64,000 nucleotides of DNA from Octopus vulgaris (taxonomy: Eukaryota), in NCBI GenBank assembly GCA_951406725.2, contig OX597836.1:38750001-38814000 (forward strand), given 5' to 3'. Below, in pieces: positions 41,549-54,889 of the stretch. The first letter of the stretch is position 1. Each line of letters starts with the position of its first letter. Under the pieces are notes generated by a model. The model made no database searches, had not been told where the DNA came from, and saw only the letters and a program-made list of their open reading frames with translations. The translations under genes and the position numbers were made by a program.

Positions 41549-41550
<2 letters not shown>
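41336..41550. mobile_element. Fold-back element in (TA)n with hammerhead-like core
   Basis: Arms ~41338-41396 and ~41421-41480. Minus strand reads CCGACGA-ACG GGAA CGT-GAAA-CTCCGAG-TA. Confidence 0.7.
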
Positions 41551-41596
<46 letters not shown>

Positions 41597-41677
41597 TATT
41601 GCGTGTGCTCACGCGCGTGAGCTTGCGTGTTTCTATGCAAGCATATAGATGCAGATAGTATACTTATACCCTGTACA

Positions 41678-41726
<49 letters not shown>

Positions 41727-42169
41727 ATGTATGTATGTATATGTTTATGCGCGTGTATAACTATGTATACAGATATACGCAAATATAGATACGAGCACTG
41801 ACTCCGTACACCCACACAAGTATATATCTTCGAATTGTAAAACAGGTGAACTTCATTCGCCATCCGCCAGGTGACAATGATGTGACTACCTGTAAAATAT
41901 ACGTACATAGCAACACTTGTGGTTTCAGCCTCTCACACTTCCTTTTCTCTTCTCTTTCTCTCTGTCTCTGTCATCGTCTGTCTGTCTGTCTCTGTCTCTG
42001 TCTCTCTCTCTTCGAAATATTACTTTCCACTTACAGTCTCACATATTAACACACAGTAATGTCCATATTTAATATACGCACTTTATCGCGCGAACTTAAG
42101 CACAGACTCAACCAGGCAAACTAACACGCGTGCCCATAGCTATGTATGCATGCATGTATAAATCTATAC

Positions 42170-42200
<31 letters not shown>

Positions 42201-42204
42201 CATA

Positions 42205-42506
42205 TATAAAATCAAAATGAGAGTGAAAAATTTATATTAATTTGATAACATCAATTTTAACACCAGTGGTCTAGCATATAAAAAAACTGACATTCAGTAA
42301 ATAGTATTACATACATAGATATAAGAGGGAATTTTTTTACCACTATGTGGAAACCCTTATGCTAGAAGAAGATCCGCTATGGTCTTAACCACTAAGAATT
42401 GTTCTAAATTTCCCGGAGAACAATTCTTGGTGGTTAAGACCATAGCGGATCTTCTAGCATAAGAGTTTCCACATAGTGGTAAAATTCCCTCTTATATTTA
42501 TGTATG

Positions 42507-42511
<5 letters not shown>
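42205..42511. mobile_element. Fold-back element in (TA)n (third family)
   Basis: Arms ~42305-42405 and ~42416-42511 are near-perfect inverted repeats. The preceding ~100 bp resembles the leader of the 1291 element. Confidence 0.7.
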
Positions 42512-42557
<46 letters not shown>

Positions 42558-43592
42558 GGGAGAGAGAGAGAACCGTATCAAACTGTTTTAAATAATATAT
42601 ATATTAACTCCTACTGGATGTAATAAATGCCCTTTTCAACTCGTGTATATGTGTGTGTATTTCTGTGTGTGTATGCGTATTTCTGTGTGTGTGTGTGTGT
42701 GTGTCTGTGTATCTGTGTATATGCATGCGTATATATATGTGTGTATGTAGAGCAATAAGAAAATGGAGGGGATCAATAGGTGGTTCATCAACTTTTAGAC
42801 ATTATATTATGTCAACTTATTTATTAATTTACTAAACTGACAATTACAAGAATATACATACATGTATAACATATTATGCTTTACATATATAATATATCTA
42901 TATATAAAGATACCAGTAATTATTAAAATATATGTGTATGTATACTATGTATACATTCATATATGTGTGTGTGTGTCTATAGGTATGTAAATATATATAT
43001 ATATATTCTTTCTCTCTCTTTCTCTCTCTCTTTGTGACGATAAATTGCCGGCGAAACCGAAATCAGCGACCTGGTTTCGAAATCCACTTAGTACTAATTC
43101 ACTTCTTACGTCAGTCACTAATGCATCTGCTGCGAAAAGGGGATGTTCTTCGCGGCATTCTTCTACTATTCCCACTCACCCCCCCTACATAACCATAAAT
43201 TTGACACTTTATGCATACGCAACAAAAGAAAAACAAGAATCAATACTATACACGCAAACACACGCACAAATATACTCACATACATATATACACACACGCG
43301 CGTACACATACGTATGGAGAAAGAAGGCGACAGACAGACAAATTAGGTGGAAAGAGAGGAAGAAGGAAGGTGGGAGGGCGAGCGACAGACGGCAAATCAA
43401 TAGCGAACCTCGAGATGACTTTATTTGCAATATGATCGCTGTGGTGTCGCCAGATTTGTATCTGAACAGTTAAACTGCACTTTCTTGGAAGGAGACGAAG
43501 GTGTTTTTATCACTGTTTCGTTTCATTTTGTGCATACGACTTTTATGTCACAAAGTTTCCGCGTATGCGCACGCGCACACACGCACATATAA

Positions 43593-43639
<47 letters not shown>

Positions 43640-43738
43640 GTGTACATATATATACACATACATATATATACATATATACGTAAATATATGTATATATATA
43701 CGTATTATATATATAATAGATTGACGTATTTATATATG

Positions 43739-43769
<31 letters not shown>

Positions 43770-43804
43770 GTATATGTATATATATATGTGTGTGTATATG
43801 CATA

Positions 43805-43844
<40 letters not shown>

Positions 43845-43964
43845 CATATATATATATATATCTAGCTGTGTGTATATATATGTATGTGTGTATATATATA
43901 TATATGTATATATATATGTGTATATGTGTATGTATGTATATATATATATATATATGTATGTGTG

Positions 43965-44012
<48 letters not shown>

Positions 44013-44048
44013 GTTTAAATATTTGTTGTATGTATATATATATATATA

Positions 44049-44520
44049 TACGTGGTCTGATCAATAAGTGTCCGGACTGTTGCCAAAGTAACGAAGCTAA
44101 AGCACACAGGGTGAAGCTACTTGCCACAGTTTGACCTTGAACGCTGCTGTGCATGCGCATCAATTTTTAACGTTCTAGCTCACTTTCTCTGTTTACAGCA
44201 GTGCTATGAAGGAAGGTGTGTAGCGTGTGATCGTCGCATTAACCCTGACAATGTAAGTTAAGCAGAGAATTTGCATCAAATTTTGCCAAAAGCTTGGCGA
44301 TGCCTGGTCAGACGCCTACGCAGAGTTTCCAAAAAGTTTTCATCATTCTCAACACGATCAAGGAGATTTTGTGCCTTTTTTTTTTCAGCTGAAAGCAATT
44401 TTGGCCCAAACTTGGCAGACACACGTCTCATACCCAAATCTTCAGTGATAATGGACTGAACTGAACCATAACTAATCTGCATATCCACTGATAACTCACG
44501 GATAGTGATTCGTCGATTTC
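44049..44520. mobile_element. Rearranged mariner relic
   Basis: Left end TA|CGTGGTCTGATCAATAAGTGTCCGGACT; QRICIKFCQKLG on +; ISYGSVQSIITEDLGMRRVSAKFGPKLL on -. Confidence 0.8.
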
Positions 44521-44638
44521 ATATTATCAAAATTGACACTCCCCTCATCAGGATGTTATTTACACACAAAATACAAAAACAAATACAAAAATACTAATAT
44601 ACAATTACATACCAGCCATTTATAATCCGTTCAATCGA

Positions 44639-44682
<44 letters not shown>

Positions 44683-44724
44683 GAGAGAATTAAAAATTTA
44701 CATATTGATATATTAAAAATCTGA

Positions 44725-45075
44725 AGATGGTTGCGGGTTCAGTCCCACTGCTTGGTATCTTGGGCAAGTGTCTTCTGCTATAGCCCCGGGTCGACCAATG
44801 CCTTGTGAGTAGATTTGGTAGACGGAAACTGAAAGAAGCCTGTCGTATATGTATATATATATATGTGTGTGTGTGTGTTTGTCCCCCTAGCATTGCTTGA
44901 CAACCGATGCTGGTGTGTTTACATCCCCGTCACTTAACGGTTCGGCAAACGAGACCGATAGAATAAGTACTGGGCTTACAAAGAATAAGTCCCGGGGTCG
45001 ATTTGCTCGACTAAAGGCGGTGCTCCAGCATGGCCGCAGTCAAATGACTGAAACAAGTAAAAGAGTAAAAGAGGG
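44725..45075 (+). mobile_element. OR-like tRNA/CORE SINE with internal (TA)(TG) tract
   Basis: Same family as 48665-49150, 60717-61162 and 61780-62190; ends AAGTAAAAGAGTAAAAGAG. Confidence 0.85.
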
Positions 45076-46494
45076 AAAATAACTGGAATGTGCTTGTTCC
45101 TGGTAAATAATTTAGTATTTACTATTTTGGTAGAATCGAAATGAGTATGGAAAGTTAAATGTCAAAGAGTGTATTGTTATGAAATATAATGAGGTGAGGT
45201 ATATCCACTGCAGAATGAGCTACAAAGAATGCAATTGCTCCTGTAAATAATTGAAAAAATTCAATCTGTTAGCTGCTGGGGGTTATGGACATTCAAACTT
45301 AAGATCACATACATTCCCAACCGTCTCACCATCCTACAGCAAGAAGCGATGCCACAACGTCATCTGGTTCATATAGTTCTTTTTTCATAAATGTTTATTC
45401 GTATATTACTAGAACATTTTTTGGCTTTAGTAAATAAGCATTTCCCAACCAACCACTGATGCAAACTATCTTTTCAATAGAAGCAACATTAAATTAAGTT
45501 ATGGCTGTACTATGAACATGGTAACGTAATAACATATAGGGCTGCGAAATTAACCAATGTCATTTGTGCTGACATAAGCATATTACCCTCTCTAACTTGT
45601 CATGCAAAGTTGAAGCGATTATACATGAAGCAGAAATCAGTTTGATATACCAGATCAAATTCTAATATCGGGTGTAAACACTTTGTAGATGTTGTGGAAA
45701 ATAAGATTTAAACAAAGATACTTCAGCAATAGTATTCTTTTAAAAATCAAGTAAAAAGAAGTTTGAAAAAAGCAGCAGTCCTAATGTACCCGTTGTTTGA
45801 AAGAACATGTTCTGTATTTCAACATAAAGCGAAAGATTATCGCGATATGAAAACCATATAAAATCGGAACATTTCCCAGTTATGTATAGTTGAGAAAACC
45901 CTTAATAAATTTGCTGCCTAAACGTCAGTTCAGAAACCTTCACTAAATGTCACCACTTCGATAAGTATCTACTGAGATACTGGAAAATTATGCTACCACG
46001 CTGAAGGGATCGATACTTATCTATTAACCAGAAGCAATTACACACTCTATATATTTCTCCATTTAGTTTTAATTTACTGTTAAATGTTTTAGATTCCACT
46101 AAATTTTATACCGACACACTCTTTGATACGATCAAAGGTTAGTATCTCTTTCATCTAGCAGAATGGATCAATTCTTAAACTATTTACCAGAAGCAACCAC
46201 AATCCTTATTTCTGTTTCAAACTTAAACCACTGAGAGGCACTTCCAATTTTACTACATTTATATTATTGCACTCTTCCATACCCAACAATTTTGAAGTTT
46301 GAAATTTTCATACTCATTTCCTATTGGTAGTTTTTCCCTCTTTCACTTAGGTAGTCATGCTGTTAAAGCTTTTTTAAAGTCTTTCATCTTACACATACAA
46401 ACACGTACGCACAACAGTAAACAGCAGAAAAAAACGTGAATTTTACATATCTGTCGCATATATGCCACTGTGTATGTGTAGTTACTTGCACTTG

Positions 46495-46858
46495 TGGCGA
46501 CATTCACCCTGGGCGGGTTGAGTCGGCTTCTTCTACTCATGGAAGAAGTTTCGTGGGAATATGATGATTTCACAAGCGGTCCCCAACAATCCCGCTGTGG
46601 AGACATCCTGTTTGCCGCAGATTGTCTGCAGACGCAGGGACAGAACGACCGAGGAGCCGCCGGTTGCCGAAGCAGACACTCCGAGGATTTTCACCAGAGC
46701 CCCGTCTGCCGGGTTGTGGCCCTAATACCACTCGGTGTCAGACCAATCCGCCTTGGGTGGCCCTACCAGGAACAGAAGTTCCCGACGGCATAGCTCTGAC
46801 ACTACCCGTTGCCAGCGTCCCCACCACAGTGAAGAGGGGATGGACTTTGGGGACGCCT
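46495..46858 (-). mobile_element. Isolated GC-rich 5' leader of an RTE-clade LINE
   Basis: Minus strand GAGCTATGCCGTCGGG...CCTGGTAGGGCCACCCAAGGCGGA resembles the recalled RTE/BovB 5'UTR motif. GGCGTCCCC/GGGGACGCT helix at its 5' end. Confidence 0.55.
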
Positions 46859-47161
46859 GTGTATGTGTGTGTATGTGTGATCTGTGTTTGTCCCCCATCA
46901 TCACTTGACAACCGATATCGGTGTGTTAGCGGTTCGGCAAAAAAGACCGATGGAATAAGTACCAAGCTTTTAAAAATTCAAGTACTGAGGTCGATACGTT
47001 CGACTAAAATTCTTCAAGGTGGTGCCTCAACATGGCCGCAGTCTTATGATTGAAACTAATATAAGATTAAAGATGAAAGATATAATTTATCATTTGTTCT
47101 CGACACCTCTTCCAATAGAATAAAAACAGCATCCTTTACATAATTACGTATTTAACATACA

Positions 47162-47555
47162 TGGAAGCACTCCGTCGGTTACGACGATGAGGGTTCCGGT
47201 TGATCCGAATCAACGGAACAGCCTGCTCGTGAAATTAACGTGTAAGTGGCTGAGCACTCCACAGACACGTGCACCCTTAACGTAGTTCTCGGGGATATTC
47301 AGCGTGACGCAGAGAGTGACAAGGCCGGCCCTTTGAAATACAGGTACAACAGAAACAGGAAGTAAGAGTGAGAGAAAGTTGTGGTGAAAGAGTACAACAG
47401 GGATCACCCCACCCCCACCCCCCTGCCGGAGCCTCGTGGAGCTTTTTTAGGTGTTTTCGCTCAATAAACACTCACAATGCCCGGTCTGGGAATCGAAACC
47501 GCGATCCTATGACCGCGAGTCCGCTGCCCTAACCACTGGGCCATTATGCCTCCAC
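47162..47555 (-). mobile_element. OK-like tRNA SINE (head 1, tail C)
   Basis: Head as at 19548; tail shared with 52085-52790. Confidence 0.85.
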
Positions 47556-48001
47556 TTAACATACATAATGAGTTAATTTAGAATGTGACAGGTCGAACAT
47601 CTTATCAGGAGAGAAAACTAGAAAATTGATATTTGAATCTCTGACGATATTTCGATTTGCATTTTGTCTTATTTATTTTCTGTGTCGTTTCGTTCATTTG
47701 CATTTATTTGTTGGGCGTCGTTATTTATTTATTTTTTTTTCCTGTCGAGAAGCCATCTTAAGTACAACGTAAACTAAATAAATTTCCTTGAGAAAATGTC
47801 TAAAACTCGCAAAACTTATATCTTCCTCGATGTGAGGAGAAGATGTCCAGAATGTTCCAGAAGGATTCGCCAAAGAAAACTATTCAAAAGTAATTGTTAT
47901 TCTTAAGCTGTTGGTTAAAGAAACCCCCAAAAATCATGAAGTCAGGAGCACATCCGAACGAGTGAAAACAATACAACAGCAGCAGCGACAATGATGAAAA
48001 C

Positions 48002-48002
<1 letters not shown>

Positions 48003-48075
<73 letters not shown>

Positions 48076-48076
48076 C

Positions 48077-48125
<49 letters not shown>

Positions 48126-48156
48126 GCAGCAACAGCAGCAACAACAACAACAACAA
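48003..48156. repeat. (CAG)n(CAA)n trinucleotide repeat
   Basis: About 22 pure CAG followed by CAA. Confidence 0.95.
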
Positions 48157-48169
48157 AAACTATAATAAT

Positions 48170-48532
48170 AATCATTTCTACTCAAAGCACAAGGTCTGAA
48201 ATATTAGGCGAGGGAGCCAGTCGATTAGATCGACCCCAGTATGCAACTGGTACTTAATTTATCAACCCCGAAAGGATGAAAGGCAAAGTCGACCTCGGCG
48301 GAGTTTGAACTCTGAACGTAAAAACAGACGAAATACCTATTTCTTTACTACCCACAAGGGGCTAAACACAGAGGAAATAAACAGGGACAGACATAGGTAT
48401 AAAGTCGAGTATATTGACCCCAGTGCGTAACTGGTACTTATTTAATCGACCCCGAAAGAATGAAAGGCAAAGTCGACCTCGGCGGAATTTGAACTCAGAA
48501 CGTAACGGCAGACGAAATACCGCTAAGCATTC
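48170..48532 (-). mobile_element. Family M SINE dimer (young unit, old unit)
   Basis: Junction AAATACC|TATTTCTTT near 48337. A similar dimer lies at ~50005-50310. Confidence 0.85.
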
Positions 48533-48664
48533 CAACGATTTCTTACCTACTATATTTTGAGAGCCAGCAAGTGAGTTTCTACGTTGTCTCTTGATCTGCT
48601 AAACATAGCGACCAAAGCTCTCTCAGATTATATGATACTGTCTTAAAAAGATAATGATAAACAA

Positions 48665-48816
48665 GGCGCAGGAGTGGCTGCGTGGTAAGTAGCTTACTTC
48701 CCAACCACATGGTTCCGGGTTCAGTCCCACTGCGCGGCACCTTGGGCAAGTGTCTTCTACTATAGCCTCGGGCCGACCAAAGCCTTGTGAGTGGATTTGG
48801 TAGACGTATATATGTC

Positions 48817-48893
<77 letters not shown>

Positions 48894-49150
48894 CATATAA
48901 GAAGCTCGTCGCATATATGTATACACATATATATTATATGTGTGTGTGTCTGTGTTTGCCCCCCAACATCGCTTGACAACCGATGCTGGTGTGTTTACAT
49001 CCCTCTAACTTAGCGGTTCGGCAAAAGAGACCAATAGAATAAGTACTAGGCTTACAAAGAATAAGTCCTGGGGCCGATTTGCTCGGACTAAAGGCGGTGC
49101 TCCAGCATGGCCGCAGTCAAATGACTGAATGAAGTAAAAGGGTAAAAGAG
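48665..49150 (+). mobile_element. Full-length OR-like SINE
   Basis: GGCGCAGGAGTGGCTGCGTGGTAAG head, CCTTGGGCAAGT CORE-like box, central microsatellite, and tail. Confidence 0.88.
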
Positions 49151-49539
49151 TAATTAAAACACGTCCACTCATAGATCTTAATTAATCAGAGGCGATTTTG
49201 ACATAAACCTCAAAAATAACCATATGGTTTGAGAGAAGTAAACTCGATCCGTTAGAAAATGAATCATGTTTCCTAGCAAACAAGCAAGTCTGTTAAGAAA
49301 CTGGAAACATTTCAACAGACAGACTTTGACAGTTGTCAGAACTCATAGAAGAGAATAAGAAGTTTTTTCTTCCTCTATATATAACATCATAATTCGTAGT
49401 TGCTGTTATTATTTTTGTTTAACCTCAAGTCAGACATAATCGATTGGGATTGGATTGCTCATGTTCAATCCACTGTAGGACGAGAGCTTCAGCATGTCGC
49501 CTACACGGTCTGCTGTTAATTTGAGTTTGAGATCAATAC

Positions 49540-49890
49540 TGTTGAGCGTAGCGGTCTTCGTCCCAGAGTGGGACAAGTCCGAAACGTGGTCCTTTGCTTT
49601 TCGCAAGACCCGCAGAAGAGAAAGCCGGTCAACCCCCCGACACCGAGAGCATCGACGGATTGATGAATGCGCATCCAGGCTCAGCGGTTGCGTAGGAAGT
49701 CGGGGACAAGAAACAGGAAGAAAGAGTGAAAGAAAGTTGGGGCGAAAGAGTACAACAGGGATCGCCACCACCCCCTGCCGGAGCCTCGTGGAACTTTAGG
49801 TGTTTTCGCTCAATAAACACACACAACGCCCGGTCTGGGAATCGAAACCGCGAGTCCGCTGCCCTAACCATTGGGCCATTGCGACTCCAC
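49540..49890 (-). mobile_element. OK-like tRNA SINE (head 1, tail A), CpG-intact
   Basis: Homologous to 19548-19920. Confidence 0.85.
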
Positions 49891-50742
49891 TCATCAATAC
49901 TGGTTTGATGAGCCCACACTGCCACATTGACTCGAGATGGCTTGGCAGAAGAATGTAGTTTTTTAATTAGATATACTTTTTTAAAAATTAAATATACTTA
50001 TTTCCAGGAGTAGTTTAATCGATTACGTCGTCACCAATGCTCAACTTGTATTTATTTTATCGACCCCCCCCCCGGAGGACGAAAGGCAAAGTCGACCTCG
50101 GCGGAGTTTGAACTCAGAACGTAAGGCCGGACGAAATACCTATTTCTTTACTACCCACAAGGGGCTAAACACAGAGAGGACAAACAAGGACAGACAAACG
50201 GATTAAGTCGATTATATCGACCCCAGTGCGTACCTGGTACTTATTTAATCGACCCCGAAAGGATGAAAGGCAAAGTCGACCACGGCGGAATTTGAACTCA
50301 GAACGTAGCGGGTCATTCGAAGTTTTCTTTCCTCAGTCAAGCACCAGATTATCCTAGCAATTTCAGCTGATTATTCTTGAGATTGCTTCAATCTGGCCAG
50401 CCCCAAGGAAAAACTAAGCTAAGAGCATTATATTCCTTGGAAGAAAGCAGTGAGTGTATACAAAAACGGACAATGTTACACATATAAATGCAATAAAAAT
50501 AATAACAGAGCATAACAACAGGTGTCTTTCGACTAAGGACGAATTGAATTAATATATATATATATATACGTATGTATGTATGTATGTATGTATGTATGTA
50601 TGTATGTATGTATGTATGTATGTATGTATGTATGTATGTATGCATGCATGTATGCATGTATGTATGTATATATATAAATATATATATATACAGATAGATA
50701 GATAGATAGATAGGTTGATAGATAGATAGATAGATAGATAGG

Positions 50743-50853
<111 letters not shown>

Positions 50854-50856
50854 GTT

Positions 50857-50905
<49 letters not shown>

Positions 50906-51694
50906 GTAGATAGATTTCGCTTGTGAAAAGTGTATATAGGTGATGGATCGATATTTGTGGAAGTGTACTTTAAATGTGGATGGCCATGACTATTTCTGTT
51001 CACATTGGTCTGAAATCAATTCCATTGGGATTTGAACTCATTAATCAATAAAACATCAAGTTTTTTTCTTGTCAAGATGTCTCCCACTTCGATGGCATAA
51101 TACGTGTAATAAATGTATGTAGGAATGTCCATATATAGGCGTAGGTGTAGCTATACGGTAAGAAGCTTGCTTCTCAATCACATGGTTCCGGGTTCAGTCC
51201 CACTGCGTGGCACCTTGGGTAAACGTCTTCTACTTTAGCCTTGGGCCGACCAAAGCCTTGTGAGTGGATTTGGTAGACGGAAACTGAAATAGTCCTGTCG
51301 TATATATATATATACGTATTTGTGTGACTACATTTGTCCCCCTGCCAACGCTTGACAACCGATGCTTGTGTGTTTATGTCCCCGTAACCTAGCAGTTCGG
51401 CAAAAGCGAAATGAGTGCTCCTGCGAGCGCGTGTTTTTGCGTGTATGTATATATATATATATATATATATATAATAAAATACAAAATGGGACAAGAATGC
51501 AAAACATCCGGACAACTAGGTGATACAAAAAGGGACAACAAAACATCCAGATAGACGATACAAAAAAACTCGGACGGGTCATTCGAAGCCTTTTATCTTC
51601 AGTCAAGAACTGGATCATCCTCGCAATTTCGGCTGATTAATCTTGAGATTACTCCAATCTGGCCAGCCCCAAAGAAAAACTAAGCTAAGAGCAT

Positions 51695-51763
<69 letters not shown>

Positions 51764-52174
51764 TTCGCTTGGAAAAAAAAAAGCATCGAATTTACACGAA
51801 ACAAGGACGGAAAAGCAGTCGATGTTACACGAATATAAATACACACTCACAATGCCCGGTTCGAGAATCGAAATCGCGTTCTTACGACCGCGAGTCCGCT
51901 GCCCTAACCACTGGGCCATTGCGCCTGCACTGACGATGTTGGCAACATTAAAGATGGATGGCGTCGTGGTTAAAATATTCGGCTCAAAATTGTAAGGTCA
52001 TGAGTTCGATTCCTGGCGGCTCGTTGTGTCCTTGAGCAAGACTCTTTATTCACGTTGCTCCAATTCACTCGGCTAGCAAAAATGAATTCTACCTGTAATT
52101 GAGAGGGCCAGCCTTGCTACATTCTATATCACATTGAATCTTCCTGAGAACTACTCTAAGTACAGAACTACACT

Positions 52175-52678
52175 AAGAATCAGTCTGCAGTGATATGCAT
52201 AAGATCTGGTCATCACATCTAAGTAGAGATTTCAAACTTAAAATCTTGAAAGCCACAGTCGAACCAATTCTACTATATGGCTCTGAAACCTGGACGTTAT
52301 CAAAGAAGCTTGAGAGGCGGTTTGATGGAACTTACACTCGCCTCCTTATGAGAGCTCAAAATCTCTCGAGGAAGCATCATCCAACCAAAGTACAAATATA
52401 TGGGAAACTACCACCTGTATCATCTCCTGTGAAAGGTAGAAGAGTCCAGTTTGCTGGACATTGTTATAGAGCTGAAAACGAGGTAATTTCTACTCTTCTC
52501 CTCTGGAAGCCATCTGCTTGCAATACCAGAGGGCGCACACTCTCCTACCCTGATGTAATCTCCAGGGATACAGGCATCCAGCAACAGGACCTCCGAAATG
52601 CTATGATGGACCGTGAAGTCTGGCGTAACATTGTAAATTCCATTGTCTCGACCACGGTCGAACAATGATGATGATGAA
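52175..52678 (+). mobile_element. 5'-truncated RTE-group LINE 3' end inserted into a SINE (host ~51958-52790)
   Basis: ORF 52195-52668 with ATVEPILLYGSETWTL, QFAGHCYR and MMDREVWR; (TGA)n tail; host SINE resumes at GTATACGTGTCTGTGGAG. Confidence 0.85.
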
Positions 52679-52967
52679 GAGTATACGTGTCTGTGGAGTG
52701 CTCAGCCACTCGTACGTTAATTTCGCAAGCAGGCTGTTCCGTTGATTGGATCGTCTGGAACCCTCGTCGTCGTAACTGACAGAATACCAGTTGTTAATGT
52801 CGTTGTTCTACCGATGACATTGTTGTTAGTGAGGTATTTGTTTTTTTTGTTTGTTTTTGATGTAGTTGTCATTGTTTTGTTGTTGTTGTTGTTGTTGTCG
52901 AAGATATCGTTCCACTTCTTGCAGATTGATAGATAAGTCATTTTGGATATAGAGAAGAGGACACAAG

Positions 52968-53400
52968 AAAGAAGAAGAAGAAAGAGAAGAAGAAGAAGAA
53001 GAAGAAGAAGAAGAAGAAGAAGAAGAAGAAGAAGAAGAAGAAGAAGAAGAAGAAGAAGAAGAAGAAGAAGAAGAAGAAGAAGGAGAAGAAGAAGAAGAAG
53101 AAAAAGAAGAAGGAGAAGAAGAAGAAGGAGAAGAAGAAGAAGAAGAAGAAGGAGAAGAAGGAGGAGAAGAAGAAGGAGAAGAAGAAGGAGAAGGATAAGA
53201 AGAAGGAGGAGAAGAAGGAGAAGAAGGAGAAGAAGAAGAAGAAGAAGAAGGAGAAGAAGAAGAAGAAGAAGAAGAAGGCGAAGAAGAAGGCGAAGAAGAA
53301 GACGAAGAAGAAGAAGGAGAAGAAGAAGAAGAAGAAGAAGAAGAAGAAGAAGAAGAAGAAGAAGAAGAAGAAGAAAAAGAAGAAGAAGAAGAAGGGAGAT
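52968..53400. repeat. ~430 bp (GAA)n/(GGA) polypurine tract
   Basis: Direct inspection. Confidence 0.95.
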
Positions 53401-53545
53401 AGAAGAGGAGGATTGGAAAGACAGCCTTAACAAGTTGTGTCAGATAACTCGTTAACGTCAATTTAGTACCAAATATCATTGTAGTAGTTTTAAAAATGTC
53501 TGAGACAAGTGACACACTCTTTATAGCTGATACTTTATACACCAC

Positions 53546-53604
<59 letters not shown>

Positions 53605-53659
53605 TCTGTTTATTTCTTTTCCTTGAGGTGACATCATACGCGACAAGCTCAAATGAAAT

Positions 53660-53731
53660 GGTGGTGGTAGCGATTGTAGTGATGGTGGTAGTGGAGATGA
53701 TGTTAGTGGTGGTGATGATGAGGGTGGTGGC

Positions 53732-53768
<37 letters not shown>

Positions 53769-54330
53769 GTGATGATGGTGGTGATGATGACGATGATGAT
53801 GATGATGGTGATGATGATGGTGGTGGCGATGATGATGATGATGATGATGGCGATGATGATGATGATGATGATGATGGTGATGATGGCAATGATGATGATG
53901 ACAATGATGATGATCTTGGTGACGGTGTTGGTGGTGGTGGCGGTGGTGATGACAGTCATAGTGATGTGTGATGACGTTGTTTCTGTTGTTGTTGTTGTTT
54001 TGGTGGTGGTGGTGGTGGTGGTGGTGGCGATGATGATATTTGTGACTGATGAGTGATGATGATGATAACATTGGCGGTTGTGACGACAGAGTAACGGTGA
54101 TGGTTTGACGGCAGCGGTATTTATGTTTTCGTTATGACATTGGTAGTACTGGTGGGGGAGGTGATGGCGGCGGCGGTGGTAGCGGTGGTGGCGGTGGTTG
54201 TGGTGGTGGTGATAGTGGTGATGGTGGTGGTGGAGGCAATGACGTATTGGTGATGATGTGATGATGATTGGAGGAGGGGAAGGAGGACAGAGATATTCGT
54301 GATGGTGATGATGATGGTGTTGGTGGTGAG
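53660..54330. repeat. (GAT)n/(GGT)n compound microsatellite
   Basis: Direct inspection. Confidence 0.9.
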
Positions 54331-54858
54331 TTAAACGTTATCTGACTTCTGTTAACACTCAGATGTTGCTGTTGTTGAGGAACTTTAGTCCCGAATTCAA
54401 CAGGTATATTTATCAAAGGTGTATTTAAATGTAGGCCCAATAAATAGTCTTTCGCCACCTCGCCCATCTCTCTCTGTCTCCCTCTCTCATATATACGCAG
54501 GCGCGGGCGCAGCCGTGCTTTTGATTTTCGTTTTATAGGGTGTTCAGCGAAAACCACTTCCTTTCAAAGATGGATTAGTACGGTTGCCAGTTTAGTCGCC
54601 GTCGGCCCGACCATGCAACAGGTTGTACTGGGTTGCATGTAACCAGTAACACTCGAGAGTGACCTGATACATACATACATACATACATACATACATACAT
54701 ACATACATACATACATACATACAAAAATACCCTGTTGTTGATGTTGAAATTCCAATGAAGGGACATTGGATCTAAGTTAGAAAACGGTTCTTTGGCTATT
54801 GGCAAGAAATCTTGAAATAAACTGAATAATGACATACATACATGCATACATACATACA

Positions 54859-54889
<31 letters not shown>

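Noticed and set aside
47884-48257. PolyQ/polyA coding exon
   Set aside because: Pure CAG/CAA tract running into a SINE tail, with no flanking coding sequence.
52717-54071. Poly-L/S/R/M/H ORFs of 122-377 aa
   Set aside because: Readings of (GAA)n and (GAT)n.
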